The notes beneath the pieces were generated by a model. The model saw only the letters and a list, made by a program, of their open reading frames with translations. It was not told the DNA's origin and ran no database searches. The position numbers and the translations under genes are program-made. From Epithemia pelagica (Eukaryota > Protista > Bacillariophyta): a stretch of 64,000 nucleotides of DNA. Of this stretch, positions 1 through 10,898 are shown one piece after another; positions within the stretch are counted from its first letter, which is position 1; the number at the start of each line of letters is the position of its first letter. The stretch lies in assembly GCA_946965045.2 (NCBI GenBank), contig OX337235.1:992001-1056000 (forward strand), given 5' to 3'.

Positions 1-692
1 GATTCCACCACATTATCAGGCTGCCAAAGTGTAGGTTCGTTGGCGTCCAAAGCCAACAAGACTTGGTCGCCATCGGCGTGGGCTTTCGCCAGCATCTCCG
101 CCAAATCGTCCAGGAAAACCTGTCTGGGATCCACCACTCGGGAGGGAACTTGGGATTCAAAGAAAGCTTGCTGTTGCGACCAAACGGAACCAGGATCACG
201 AGGGTTATACACAGGCCGATAGGCACTCACGATCCGTAATCGCGAGCCATGGTGGCCCCGAAGTTGGACCCACACCCACCGACCGAGGCCGGAAGGATCA
301 CGCCCTGACCCGCAAATGCGCCCGGTGTGACTGTCGCGTACGATAATAGCTGTGCCGCCCGGCTGGTAATTAGTAGTATGCTCTTTGTCGCGGTACCAGG
401 CGACATGAGTCGCGGCCGAGTGAAACCAGGGACGTACAACCTGTGCCAAGTGGTCCGTTTCAGGGACATTGTGCCAGGCTAGGTTCACCTCAGAAAGGCA
501 CATAATATCCACAGAGTAGTCCAATAAAAACGACTGAAGATCAGCATACTTCACGTGGCGAGGAAACGCCGGGAGGCCGGATACATTTTGAGAAACGACA
601 CGCAAAACCGCTTCCGAGGGTGTAGGATCCAGACTATCGCCCCAGGAATCCATCTCTGGCCTTGAGGCGCCGTGGTTGCCCCTTGATGGCAT
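1..692 (-). CDS. LINE ORF2, 5' part: apurinic-like endonuclease (APE/EEP) domain; runs off the window edge
   Basis: Manual translation from the ATG at 692 is open to base 1: MPSRGNHG...LRVVSQNVSGL...DIMCLSEVNLAW...GLGRWVWVQL...LRIVSAYRP...VLLALDANE. These are the QN, SE, SAYxP and xDxN motifs of retrotransposon APE domains. It is absent from the ORF track because no stop lies inside the window. The RT domain is expected beyond the left edge. Confidence 0.9.
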   Translation of the reverse strand, partial: MPSRGNHGASRPEMDSWGDSLDPTPSEAVLRVVSQNVSGLPAFPRHVKYADLQSFLLDYSVDIMCLSEVNLAWHNVPETDHLAQVVRPWFHSAATHVAWYRDKEHTTNYQPGGTAIIVRDSHTGRICGSGRDPSGLGRWVWVQLRGHHGSRLRIVSAYRPVYNPRDPGSVWSQQQAFFESQVPSRVVDPRQVFLDDLAEMLAKAHADGDQVLLALDANEPTLWQPDNVVE

Positions 693-747
693 CCTCTCGG
701 TGTTCCAGGGTGCAAGGGACGGCAGCGCCCGGAACGAGGAGGTGGGA

Positions 748-3556
748 CTAAGGGCCCTGCCCCGTCGCCGTGGAAGGGGCCGACGGGGGAGAGGAATTAG
801 TCGAAGGGGCTGCGGTGAGCTGGGCCAATTGGGCACGTAGTTGTTGGGTTTGAGAATTGTCTGGAAGAGAAGCTAACATTGTTTGAAAGGAGGAGACAAG
901 CGAATTGAGATGAGACACAAGTTGCGTAGGATCAGATGGAGAAGAGAGCGAAGAGGCTGGAGTTATAGTAGTCGCGGAGGGTCCTGGGTCCGGCGGTTCG
1001 TTGGTAAGCGTGGAGCGCGAACCAGCACTAGCAGTCGAAGCAATAGATGTACCTTGCGGAAAGGTAGAGACACTGTCCGCGTCGGCTGCCGCATCGTAGG
1101 GACGGACCAAAGCCTGGGTCAAAGAGGTACCAAGGGTCGAGGCAGGAGTGGCGTCGTCACCAAACCCGGAGCAATCCAGCTCGCTATCACCCGTATCATA
1201 CACCCACCCGTTATAATCGTCGTCGGGGGATTCCACGGACATAGCGGTGGGGTTCCAAACCGCTCCCACTGCCCGATCAAGAGCATCTTTGCTAAAATGG
1301 CAATACAGCGTTTTAGCGAAAAGACGTTCCCGCTCCACGTCGGACAAGTCGGGGCATTCTTGAGCCATGGCCCACCGAAGATATGGAACCAAGGCAATGA
1401 TCATCGCTCTAGCCTCCTCCTCCCGCGACGGATGAAAGGCGAATTGCATCGCGCCTTCGCCCACGTGACTCGGGTCCACCGTATGGAAGAGTTGATGGCC
1501 ATCCGTGCTACTGCGAATTGACATGAGACGCGATCGGAGCGTGTGAGGGGACGATTCTTCTGGCTGATCGATCGAATGCAGCTCCCACGTGCGCATGCCG
1601 CGCATATGGGTACAGAACTGTAACTGCTGCAACCGAAGGGCGGCCACCTTGGTCCTGGTCCGCATGTTCATAACGTCAGAGAGAGGCCAAACGAGGCGCA
1701 TCTTAATTCCTAAAGGAAAATCCGTGGCCGTGCGGGCATATAAATCTGCCAGTCGTCGCTTGGCTTCGCGCTTGTTGGCGCGGCTCACCTCAAAATGCAA
1801 CGCTTTGGCCATCTGGTCGGGAGGGATGGCACCAGCCTGGCCCGTTTGAATGGTGCGCCAGCGCAAGCCCAGCGGAAAGCCCAACGCTTCTTCCAGAACC
1901 CTTTTTAACTCCGGGACGTGGATTGACTGTAGGGAGTACAAACCCCATCCGACAATAGAAGTCGACTCACATTGAAGTTGTCTCTCCCATAAACCGTGGC
2001 GTTCACTTTGGAACCACCACGCCAATTCGGTCTTGAGGGCCGAGAAGGACTTGGTGTGCCCCAAATGAACTGATGGATAGACAAAGCCACCGGCGGGCTT
2101 CGGCAAGGCTCTAGGGAAGTAACGTTTGAGTCCCTCCATCGTCGCCGGTATATCCTCGGGACGGGCCAAGGCCCGCCAACGACGTGTCCCTGATTGTTGG
2201 GTGGTGTTATCCTTATCAGCCCACGGATGAATGACGAGGGTGGAGTCATACTCCCGCAGCTTGGAGAAAAAGGCAACCAACGTGGACCGAAGTTCGGAAT
2301 CAGCCTTGCTCGAGGGTGCTAACTGAAGGCGGAGCTCATACCGGGCCTCAACGGGCCGGGATGGAATCAGTTCCGGACAAAGATACGGATTTGTCTGTTG
2401 GAGAGTCCGACCAAGTGGAGTGCGAGACGGACCGGTCCAACGAGGGGAAAGAATCGTCGTGGGAGGACCAGACGGCTGCCCACCAGGATCCGCCGCAGCA
2501 ACCGGTTGATTGACAAACATTTGGGTGTAAGATCCTTCAGCATTGTCAGTGGCGACGGTGGCATCGTCAGAAATATCCATCCCCGTTATCTCGGTTCCTT
2601 CCACCTGGGGTTCAGTCGCCGCCGTTACACCAGATGCCGCGTCCTCTCGACGTGAACGATCCTGCAAAGATTGAACCTCCGCGTCCAGTTGAGTCCGAAA
2701 GTTTCCGCGGGTGGGTGAGGCCAGAGACGTAGGTTGAGCCGCCGACGAGGAAGAACGACGCCCACGAGCTGAGACCAACTGGGACGGGGCCACTGTCTCG
2801 GCCATCCGGACATCGGCCACCACAGGGGTAGCCATGGGTTGTGGGGCACCAGTAGTGGGCGAAGCGGTATCATCGACAAGGCGAGCTTCCGCCATCGGGA
2901 CATCTGTCGTTTGGGGAGAACGGCCGCGAGACCGAGAGGAAAAAGAACCGCGGCCACCACGGCCACTACCACCAATCGGGGAACCACGTCCCCCTTGACG
3001 CCCACCAGGAGAAGAAGAGGTCGCCCTCCTTGCGGGAGACGCCGAACCCGGGGATTGCACTTGGACCGCCGAGCGCCGATTCGAAGAGTGGCTAGGGGAC
3101 CTGGAGGATTGCGGCCTACCGGCAGGAGCAACAGACGACGAAGGCCCACGACCGGACGACCGAGAGGGTGGGGACCGGGGAGGCCGGACCGCAGCCAGCC
3201 TCCGCATAGGACGTAGGGGAGGACTCCATGATAGGGTCGGTAGGATCTTCCCTGGAAATGCCGTGGGAAGTCGCCATGGTAGAAGGACGAGAGGTGGATC
3301 CTGTCGACGCCAACAACCGAGCGGAACGTCGCGTAGATGCGCCCGACGACGGGGACCGCGGGGTATTCGAGGCCGCTGAGGAGGAGGAAGACCGGGACGA
3401 TGATGAGCGTCCCGCGCCAGGAGGATGACCAGGAGTCGCCGCGAAAAACTGAGTGACATTAGACTGAACCGTAGCAGAAGTGGGAGGATTGGTGGTGGAT
3501 TGAGATCGACCATGGCCGCGAGAGCCAGCATTTGCCGGCGAACCTCGATTGGTCAT
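748..3556 (-). CDS. LINE ORF1-like protein (about 930 aa), apparently frameshifted near 3193-3200
   Basis: Long GC-rich ORF directly upstream of APE-ORF2 on the same strand, with Ser/Pro/Arg-rich ends and a globular centre. The likely true start is MTNRGSP (ATG 3556, in the 3116..3667 frame). It joins the 748..3531 frame at SYAEA-AVRPP if one copy of a 4-nt duplication is removed. Confidence 0.75.
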
Positions 3557-3695
3557 CGTCCCACTGGTCTCGTAGAAGTCCACGTAGACGCTAGTAGTAA
3601 AGTACTGTGGCAAAAATAGTAGGCTTACAAAAAAGACTGTCTTCGAAAAAGTAAAGTAGTCATACACAAAACAAGAGTTATTATAAAGAGTATGT

Positions 3696-4514
3696 TCATT
3701 CCACAGTCAAGCTGGTGAAAACGCAAGACTGCCGTTTGGGCAGGTAGCAAGGAGACTCGCTGGTCCCTCTTGCTTCATCGAATCCTTGAGAGAAAAGTCC
3801 CACGGGGGAATTGGAACAGGGAAACCGTTGCATCTCGTGGATCTTGTTACTCTGTCGTTCTTGTTCGGCTTCTTGAACTTGATCTTGCGACAGTCCATTA
3901 ACAATCTCCAAGCGTAACCTTCGTTCCAAGGGAGATAGTCGTTGGGGTGGCGACGACGATGAGAGGGATGTTCGGCGGCGACCATGAGTTTCATACTCAT
4001 CCACGCTGTAAAGCGTGGGGGAAGAATGCCTCCAGTCCAGTGTCAGGGGATATTCTTGAGACGATGTATGATCTCCCAACACCACAGCGTGTTCTTGCAC
4101 GTGGACCGACGAGAATCGGACCGAACGGCCCTTGTTCTTGGACCGTCTGCTGGGAGAAGCAACGCTTGTTGTACAACCGTCGTCACTGACATCCATGGAA
4201 GTCAAGGACAAGGTTTCTTCTTCTTCTTCTTCTTCATCAGAGGAAGATGAGCTAATGACTGAAAATGAATCGTCCACGGCGAAGAGGCAGCCATTGCGTT
4301 GAGGAAGAGTTCGTTTCCGCCCAACACACAACGACGGGGGTGATGTCGTCGTCGTTGGCGGCGGCGACGAAAAAGGACCCGATGGTGATGTATAGGATAC
4401 CATACTCGGTGACTCAGTCACTAGAGGAAAGTCACCCCAGCCAAACGACTCGACCTCATTGTTCGCAGAGCTTGAATGCAAAGGAGGCATTACAACGATT
4501 GGAAAGGTATTCAT
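3696..4514 (-). CDS. Hypothetical diatom protein with a VRF...LGD...PLxLxW motif and an RVxF-like site
   Basis: ORF of about 272 aa from ATG 4514. Ser-rich and acidic, then SVRFSSVHVQEHAVVLGDHTSSQEYPLTLDW...SVDEYE...LSPLERRLRL, a motif I recognise as recurrent in uncharacterised diatom proteins. Confidence 0.7.
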   Translation of the reverse strand: MNTFPIVVMPPLHSSSANNEVESFGWGDFPLVTESPSMVSYTSPSGPFSSPPPTTTTSPPSLCVGRKRTLPQRNGCLFAVDDSFSVISSSSSDEEEEEEETLSLTSMDVSDDGCTTSVASPSRRSKNKGRSVRFSSVHVQEHAVVLGDHTSSQEYPLTLDWRHSSPTLYSVDEYETHGRRRTSLSSSSPPQRLSPLERRLRLEIVNGLSQDQVQEAEQERQSNKIHEMQRFPCSNSPVGLFSQGFDEARGTSESPCYLPKRQSCVFTSLTVE

Positions 4515-6915
4515 TGGATCTCGAATGACCATTTTGTGGTTTTATGGTTGAAATTTCAGTTTGGGAGGGTGTGTATCGACAAAGCAGATGTTGGATGGAG
4601 CAGCAGCAGATGGTTTGGTAAATTGTGTGTCAACACGAGAGGCCCCACAAAGTGTGATGCAAACAAAAATGTGGTGTGGCTGTGGCGGCTGGCTGCTCGT
4701 TTCCTCGGAGTCTTCCGTCTTCCGTCTGGCCCCGGACACGGACGGGGGAACCATCCCATTCGGGAATCGGCTTCACTGCCTGTTACTGTACAAATATTGT
4801 AGGCGCTCATCTTGGAATGTCCGGCACCTCAGCGGCATGCGCATCTTTCCAATTAATGTCTCTGTTGGAATCCATACGCAATCCAGCGCGCCCATACCAA
4901 AATGACCTGGCATTCGCTGGCGACACGTTCGCATGTTCGGATGGGGAGTTCGGAGTTCTCTTTTCTCTTTTCTGTTTTCTGGCAGGTGTCTGTCCACTGT
5001 CCACTTCAAATCAATGACACCTCAACCAACCACAAACACACACGCACCTGCTTTGGGGACCAAGGATCCGACTGCAACTCCGTCACGCAGAGTTGCGCAG
5101 TCCTATCGTGGATCTTTCGGATACTTCGCAGCTCGCGCTCACGTCGACCGAGCTCCATTGATCTGTTCGTTTTCCTCGTAGCGAGTTCTAAGGTTTCCGT
5201 GGCCCTAAATCTTGGTCTTGTGTGTCCCATTTGGGAGAGCGAGCTGATCCAGGTCCACCTTTATTCTTATGGACTTCCGACTATTGATTGCACAAGATGG
5301 GGATTGCGTCCGGAGGGGACAGACGGGTTCGGTCTATCCGTTCATCTATTCTGTCCAATTCTATCCTCGAATTCCCCACTCTCCCGATTCTCCATCAAGG
5401 AGTTCATGATCGACAAGAGTTCGTTCTCAACAGCCCGAGCACAGTACATCAGTCGGCGAGAACAAGTTCTGACAGTCAAGAGTCAATGACGCATTGCCTA
5501 TATCTTTGATTCCTCTGCAGAGATTTATTGATGATTTTCCCATCCAAGTCAATCATCTCTTGATAATATAGAGCGTAATACAAAGACTCGTCCTACAAGT
5601 ATGCTGTTATCAGCAATCAGTACACCTCGAGTTAGTTACTTCCACTCCTACAACCTATTACCTATTGTCGAAGCTCTACTAGAGCTTTCGATATTCGTAG
5701 GATGTTGTTACAATAATCCATCCCTTCTCTTTTCGCATACGATAGGCTTAGCAACTACCCACTCCAACCTCCAACTCCAAGATCGTTGACAACAACAGAA
5801 AGATGACGAAGGACGAAGGGGAGAGAAAATTGCCGCCGAGAACGTCAAAAGATTCTACTCTTCATCTTGAGCGAATGAAACGATAATAAGCTTTTTATGG
5901 AATTCTGAGTCTCGAGTCGCTAAGAGTTGTTCTTTCCTGACCAGAAGCGAAGAATTGCGGAATCGGACATGGGTATCCAATCCATGATGTCATGTGCCGT
6001 CATTCATTGTCACAAATTCCAATTCTGCATTCTTCACATCATGGACAACACAATTCTGATGTCGAATGGCCTTTTCACCAATTTCTCCTAGAACGCACTA
6101 AGAACACAAGCTCTTTGAATTCTGACCGATCTCGCCTTCATGATGTTACATGATGCATTAGAATTCAGAATCCCCTACGTCTGGCTCGAAGGACTTGCCG
6201 GGACAGGGAGAACATTGTTGAATTTGCACCTTCAAAACGGCCTCATTCCCTGGATTTGTTCTTTTCGGGATACGTCCCATGAACGAGGAACGACGGCAAT
6301 TGATCAACAACTGATGAAAATGCAGCACATTCGGCCTTGTCATCTTTTCTGATTCCATTGGTGCGTTGAAAGTGCATCCTTGCTTCTGCTTCTTCGTTAC
6401 AATAGCCATCAATCATGTTCGCTGAGATGCAATATGTAGACATGGCTGCCCCGGTTGAGAAATTATACCAGGAATGCGAAAAATGCAAGTGCATCTCTTT
6501 GAATATGGCCATCCAATGCCATGGACTCTTGTTGTCCTCTAATTTTGAATGTGGGATGTTCAGTCTCGTCCGATATGCGGCATGAGTCCGGGATGCGCCA
6601 TCGGCTTCCTACAGTCGGGGTGAATTCGTAGCAGACGTGAAAAAGGTGGACCGTAGCTTCCATTCCATATGAGAAAGAGAATGGAATCGTCATGGCAGCG
6701 TCGTCAGTAAATGCGAACAAGTCACTTGTGCAGGAACACAACAAACTCTGAACATGTTGCGACAGGGAGTTTACAATCTAGAAAAGGGGGAAAGGACTCG
6801 TTGGACTCGCGCGCAAGTTTCTAGAGACACCCATACTTTTCAGAGAAACGGACCGCGACACTATTGGACCTGTTCCGGGAGACATATTGTTTACTATCAA
6901 TAGTGAAGAAAAGGC

Positions 6916-8227
6916 TTATCCCCACTTGAGAATGGCAGCTCCCCATGATAATCCAGCGCCAAAGCCTGCACATGCGAGTACGTCGCCTTTCTTCACCTTA
7001 CCACTTCGGACAGCTTCGTCCAGCGCCAGAGGGATACTGGCGGCGCTGGTATTGCCGTACTCGGACAGGTTGGTAATCACCTTGTCCATGGAAATGCCCA
7101 ATCGACTCGCTACAGTTTCCATGATACGAATATTGGCTTGGTGCAGCACCAGCCAATCAATCTGATCGACCGTCATGTCGGCCGCATCCAGTGCCTCCTG
7201 TATCACGGTGGGCACTTCACGGGTCGCAAATTTGTAAACTTCTTTGCCGTTCATGGCCAGTTTGTTGTAGGTAGCGCTGCTAAGCGTCGTACCATCGCCT
7301 GGCGTTGCCACTTGGCGAGGTTCACCTTGATATCTGGTGTTGTACGATGAAAGAACAGACAATGGTTAGCTCGACCGTAGATAGCCAGTAAAACAAAAGA
7401 AAATGTCACCTCTAGACAAACAACGAGCGATTCGCACACAACGCCACCAATCGGGACGCATTAGGGACTTACCCACAGTTCAAGTCACCGTAGGAATGTC
7501 CATTGGAGTGCGCCGAGAAACCTAGCAAGCCGTGACTGTCGTCGTCCGTCGATTCCATCACCATGGCGCCGGCGCCGTCACCAAACAAAATGCACGAGTT
7601 TCTGTCATCCCAGTCGACAAATCTCGACAAGGCATCAGCTCCGACCACCAAAGCCTTTTTGCTCATGGTCGATGGTGCGGAAAGGAACTTGCCGGCAGTG
7701 ACAGTTCCAAACAAAAATCCGCTACAGGCGGCGGTCAAATCAAACGCCAGAGCATCCTTGGTGCAACCAAGTTCGGATGCCAAGGACGGTGCATCACCAA
7801 ACATGTCATCGGGAGAGGAAGTCGCGCAGATTACCACATCAATATCTTCGGCGTTCACTCCCGCCATTTCCAGGGCATTCTTTGCCGCTTCAATCTGTAA
7901 ACCACGGAGTGTCTCGCCTTGAACGACCACGTGCCTCTGTGAAATTCCAGTTCGTGTTCTGATCCATTCATCACTTGTCTCCACGACATTTTCAAGATCG
8001 CTATTCGTAATGACAGTTTGAGGAGCAGCGGAACCAATCCCAATTGGCCTACATGACAGACTTCCAGACTTGGCGGCCAGGGCAGTCGTCGTAGTGCCAC
8101 CACCGACTCGTGGTGGTTGGCCTGTGCTGGTTTGTGCAAACGCAGTTCTTCGGGTCTGAACTCCAAATGCGTCTACTGCCACGGACTGCACGATCAACGC
8201 TACGAATAGTTGGGAATTGATTCTCAT
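6916..8227 (-). CDS. fabH: Plastid 3-oxoacyl-ACP synthase III (KAS III), 2 exons
   Basis: Exons 8227-7473 and 7333-6916; GT-AG intron 7334-7472; 390 aa. Catalytic triad TAACSGF (Cys), LHQAN (His), [10 protein letters not shown] (Asn). Signal peptide followed by VDA|FGV plastid motif. Confidence 0.96.
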
Positions 8228-8525
8228 GGTCCCAGAACAATTGAATATGGGTTGCCAGTAGCTACGGGGGAGACGTTGGTGTTCATGAGCTTGAGCAGTG
8301 ATGATGATAGGGGGATACCGATAGATCGTCGCGAGGGGAAGTGGTACGGAAGCTGGAGTCGAAGATGGTTTCCACTTCCAGCGTTAAAGGTGTTAACAAT
8401 GAGACTCACTATAAACTACTGACCTCATTTTGTCGTAATATTTGGAACGATTAATTCGATATGTGAGGTCAGTGTAATTGACGATCATATCATTTTCTAG
8501 TCGCAGACGCTGGGATTCAATAAAA

Positions 8526-8564
8526 ACCCGGATTTTGACATCGCACAATCCGGGTATGACGTCA
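8526..8564. promoter_or_regulatory. 9-bp inverted repeat plus TGACGTCA palindrome in the fabH/fabB divergent promoter
   Basis: ACCCGGATT (8526-8534), 12-nt spacer, AATCCGGGT (8547-8555), then TGACGTCA (8557-8564), a bZIP/CRE-type site. Function is inferred only. Confidence 0.4.
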
Positions 8565-8750
8565 GTGTCGATCCTACAAATGATCCCCAGCGACATCAGC
8601 ATCTCATGTCAAACGACGACGCAAAAAGAAGCCAACCATTGCGAGAACCGACGTTGCTGCTGTAACAACAATTAGAGCGGTGGTGCAGGATTGAAAAAGT
8701 GCAATAGAGACCAGTTGTGACCAAAGATCTCAACAACCGAAATTGAGAAA

Positions 8751-10400
8751 ATGAAGAACTTACTCTTGTGGTTCACCGTCACATCGTTTACACAATCACC
8801 CACACAAGTGGCAGGATTTGTTCCACTTACAACAACACGTGATGTATCTGGTAGGTTATATCTGATGAAAGATCGGAATCCCTCAAGGATCCTGTAGAGT
8901 GTGGATTGTCGAAACGAGTTGTTTGGGATTGTGCACCAGAGAGTGCACGAAATTTGCCGTTTTTGAAAGGGGTCGTGTTCTCACTTTTTTATTGAACAAA
9001 CCATCATTTATTCATTCATTCATCCATGTAGGAAACGCGATTGCCCGCCAGACAACCGAACTATGTGCGGAACGTCGCGTTGTGGTAACGGGAATGGGTA
9101 TTGTGAGTTGCCTTGGTAACACACTCGAAGATGTGACCAAGTCGCTTCATGAAGCAAAGAGTGGTCTCACGCATTCGGATGAGTTTGAGGAGCTTGGCAT
9201 CAAGTCACAGGTCCGAGGTAAACCGGATTTGACCGATGATGATATGAAAGAACTCATTCCCAAAGCGAATCTCCGATTCATGGGTAACAATGCACAATAC
9301 GCATACATTGCAATGGATCGCGCATTGCAAGATTCTGGATTGAAACCAGAAGAATACCAAGAAAATTCTAGGGTTGCTGCCATCATTGGACAGGGAGGTA
9401 CCTCAATCCCGGATATCGTGGAAACAGTCGAAGCCGTAAGAGGCGGAGGCAAGCGATGGAAAAACAAAGTCGGACCATTCCGAGTGACGAGAAGTATGGG
9501 ATCAACTTCCTCTGCTGTTCTCGCCACTGCCTTCAAGGTACAGGGGCCTTCATTTTCGATTTCGTCGGCCTGTTCCACAGGAGCGCACTGCATCGGAACT
9601 GGATTTGAGCAAATTCTTCTTGGAAAGAGTGACATTGCCTTGTGTGGAGCAGGTGGGTACCATCAATGAAGGCAGTTGTGCCTTGTTATCTTTCGTTCTC
9701 AAATGTACGCCGTTTTACTTGCACAGGTGAATCCGTTAACTGGGAATTCACAAGTATGTTTGACTGCATGGGTGCCCTCAGTACTTCATACAATGATTCA
9801 CCAGAAACTGCTTCCAGAGCGTTTGACAAAACTCGTGATGGATTTGTCATTGCTGGCGGTGGAGGTGTTGTTGTCTTGGAAGAGCTTGAACATGCCAAAG
9901 CTCGTGGTGCCAAGATATATGCCGAATTGGTTGGTTATGCAGCAAACTCTGATGGATACGACATGGTTGCCCCATCTGGTGTTGGTGGAGAACGATGCAT
10001 GGAAATGGCCATGGCAGATGCTGCACGGAATGCGGCTGATTTGCCCGTCGAGTACATTAACACCCATGGAACCAGTACACCCGTCGGTGATGTTGCCGAA
10101 TTGGGAGCCATCAAGAGGCTGTTCACTGAAAAGGGATACCAACCAAATGTTGGCTCGACCAAGTCACTTTCGGGACATGCATTGGGAGCAGCAGGTGTTC
10201 ACGAGGCGATTTACACGATTCTGATGATGAACAACGACTTTATGGCCGAGTCCGCCAACATTAACGAACTGGTGGATGAAGCGGAAGGCATGAGTATTCT
10301 GACAGAACGCAAGGATGGTGCATTCAAGCGCGCCATGTCGAACTCATTTGGATTTGGTGGCACCAACTGTGCCCTAGTCTTTGATAAGTATGAAGAGTAA
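8751..10400 (+). CDS. fabB: Plastid 3-oxoacyl-ACP synthase I (KAS I, FabB type), 3 exons
   Basis: Exons 8751-8850, 9032-9652, 9727-10400 with GT-AG introns; 464 aa. Presequence MKNLLLWF...VAG|FVP. Catalytic [24 protein letters not shown] and terminal NSFGFGGTN. Confidence 0.95.
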
Positions 10401-10898
10401 GAATAAAAAAACTGTTTAGAGCTCTCTATATTCATACACATTTCACCAACTTCGAGTTTATTATACCTCCGTCCTTAGAACGAGGACATTTAGTTGATCA
10501 AGGAGAACGCATCAATACGTCTAAAGTGACCGAACCGAAGATTATTTAGAACCTTACAGGTACGCGAAATCAAGCACAAAAGTGAAGCGTTGGTTGTAAG
10601 TTATAACCAGAAGTCCCATTAATGAAGTTCCCGTGCTTGTGTCTGTCCAAAAAACCTTTCCCATCTTTGAGTTGGTAACACTTCGCCCCTTAAACGATGG
10701 TGTTTACTCGATAATGGAGAAGGTATGAACAAGCTCTGGAACAATCAACGATTCGTTAGAACCATATATAGAGACCCTACTGATGAAGTTCCAGTGCTTC
10801 AGTCCAAAACTCGTTCGAAGTATAGAGTTGAAAATCAAAACTTATAAAAAGCCTGGATATAGTGTTATTACAGTCGCTTCCGTTTTGCTCAGATCCTA

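Larger units (their letters stand above)
1..3640 (-). mobile_element. Non-LTR retrotransposon (ORF1 + APE-ORF2), resembling the long diatom Ambal-type LINEs
   Basis: Two-ORF layout, APE motifs, and clearly higher GC than the flanking host DNA. The 5' boundary is only approximate (3600-3690). Clade assignment needs the RT domain, which is outside the window. Confidence 0.8.

Noticed and set aside
4540-6750. Degenerate minus-strand coding relics between the 3696 gene and fabH
   Set aside because: Protein-like fragments broken by stops and frameshifts, with no recognisable family; cannot be supported as a feature.
6916-10400. Bacterial contig or operon, given the bacteria-like fab genes, GNATs and MetF
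   Set aside because: These genes carry spliceosomal introns and/or eukaryotic targeting peptides and are interleaved with SNAP50, myotubularin and a mitochondrial carrier.
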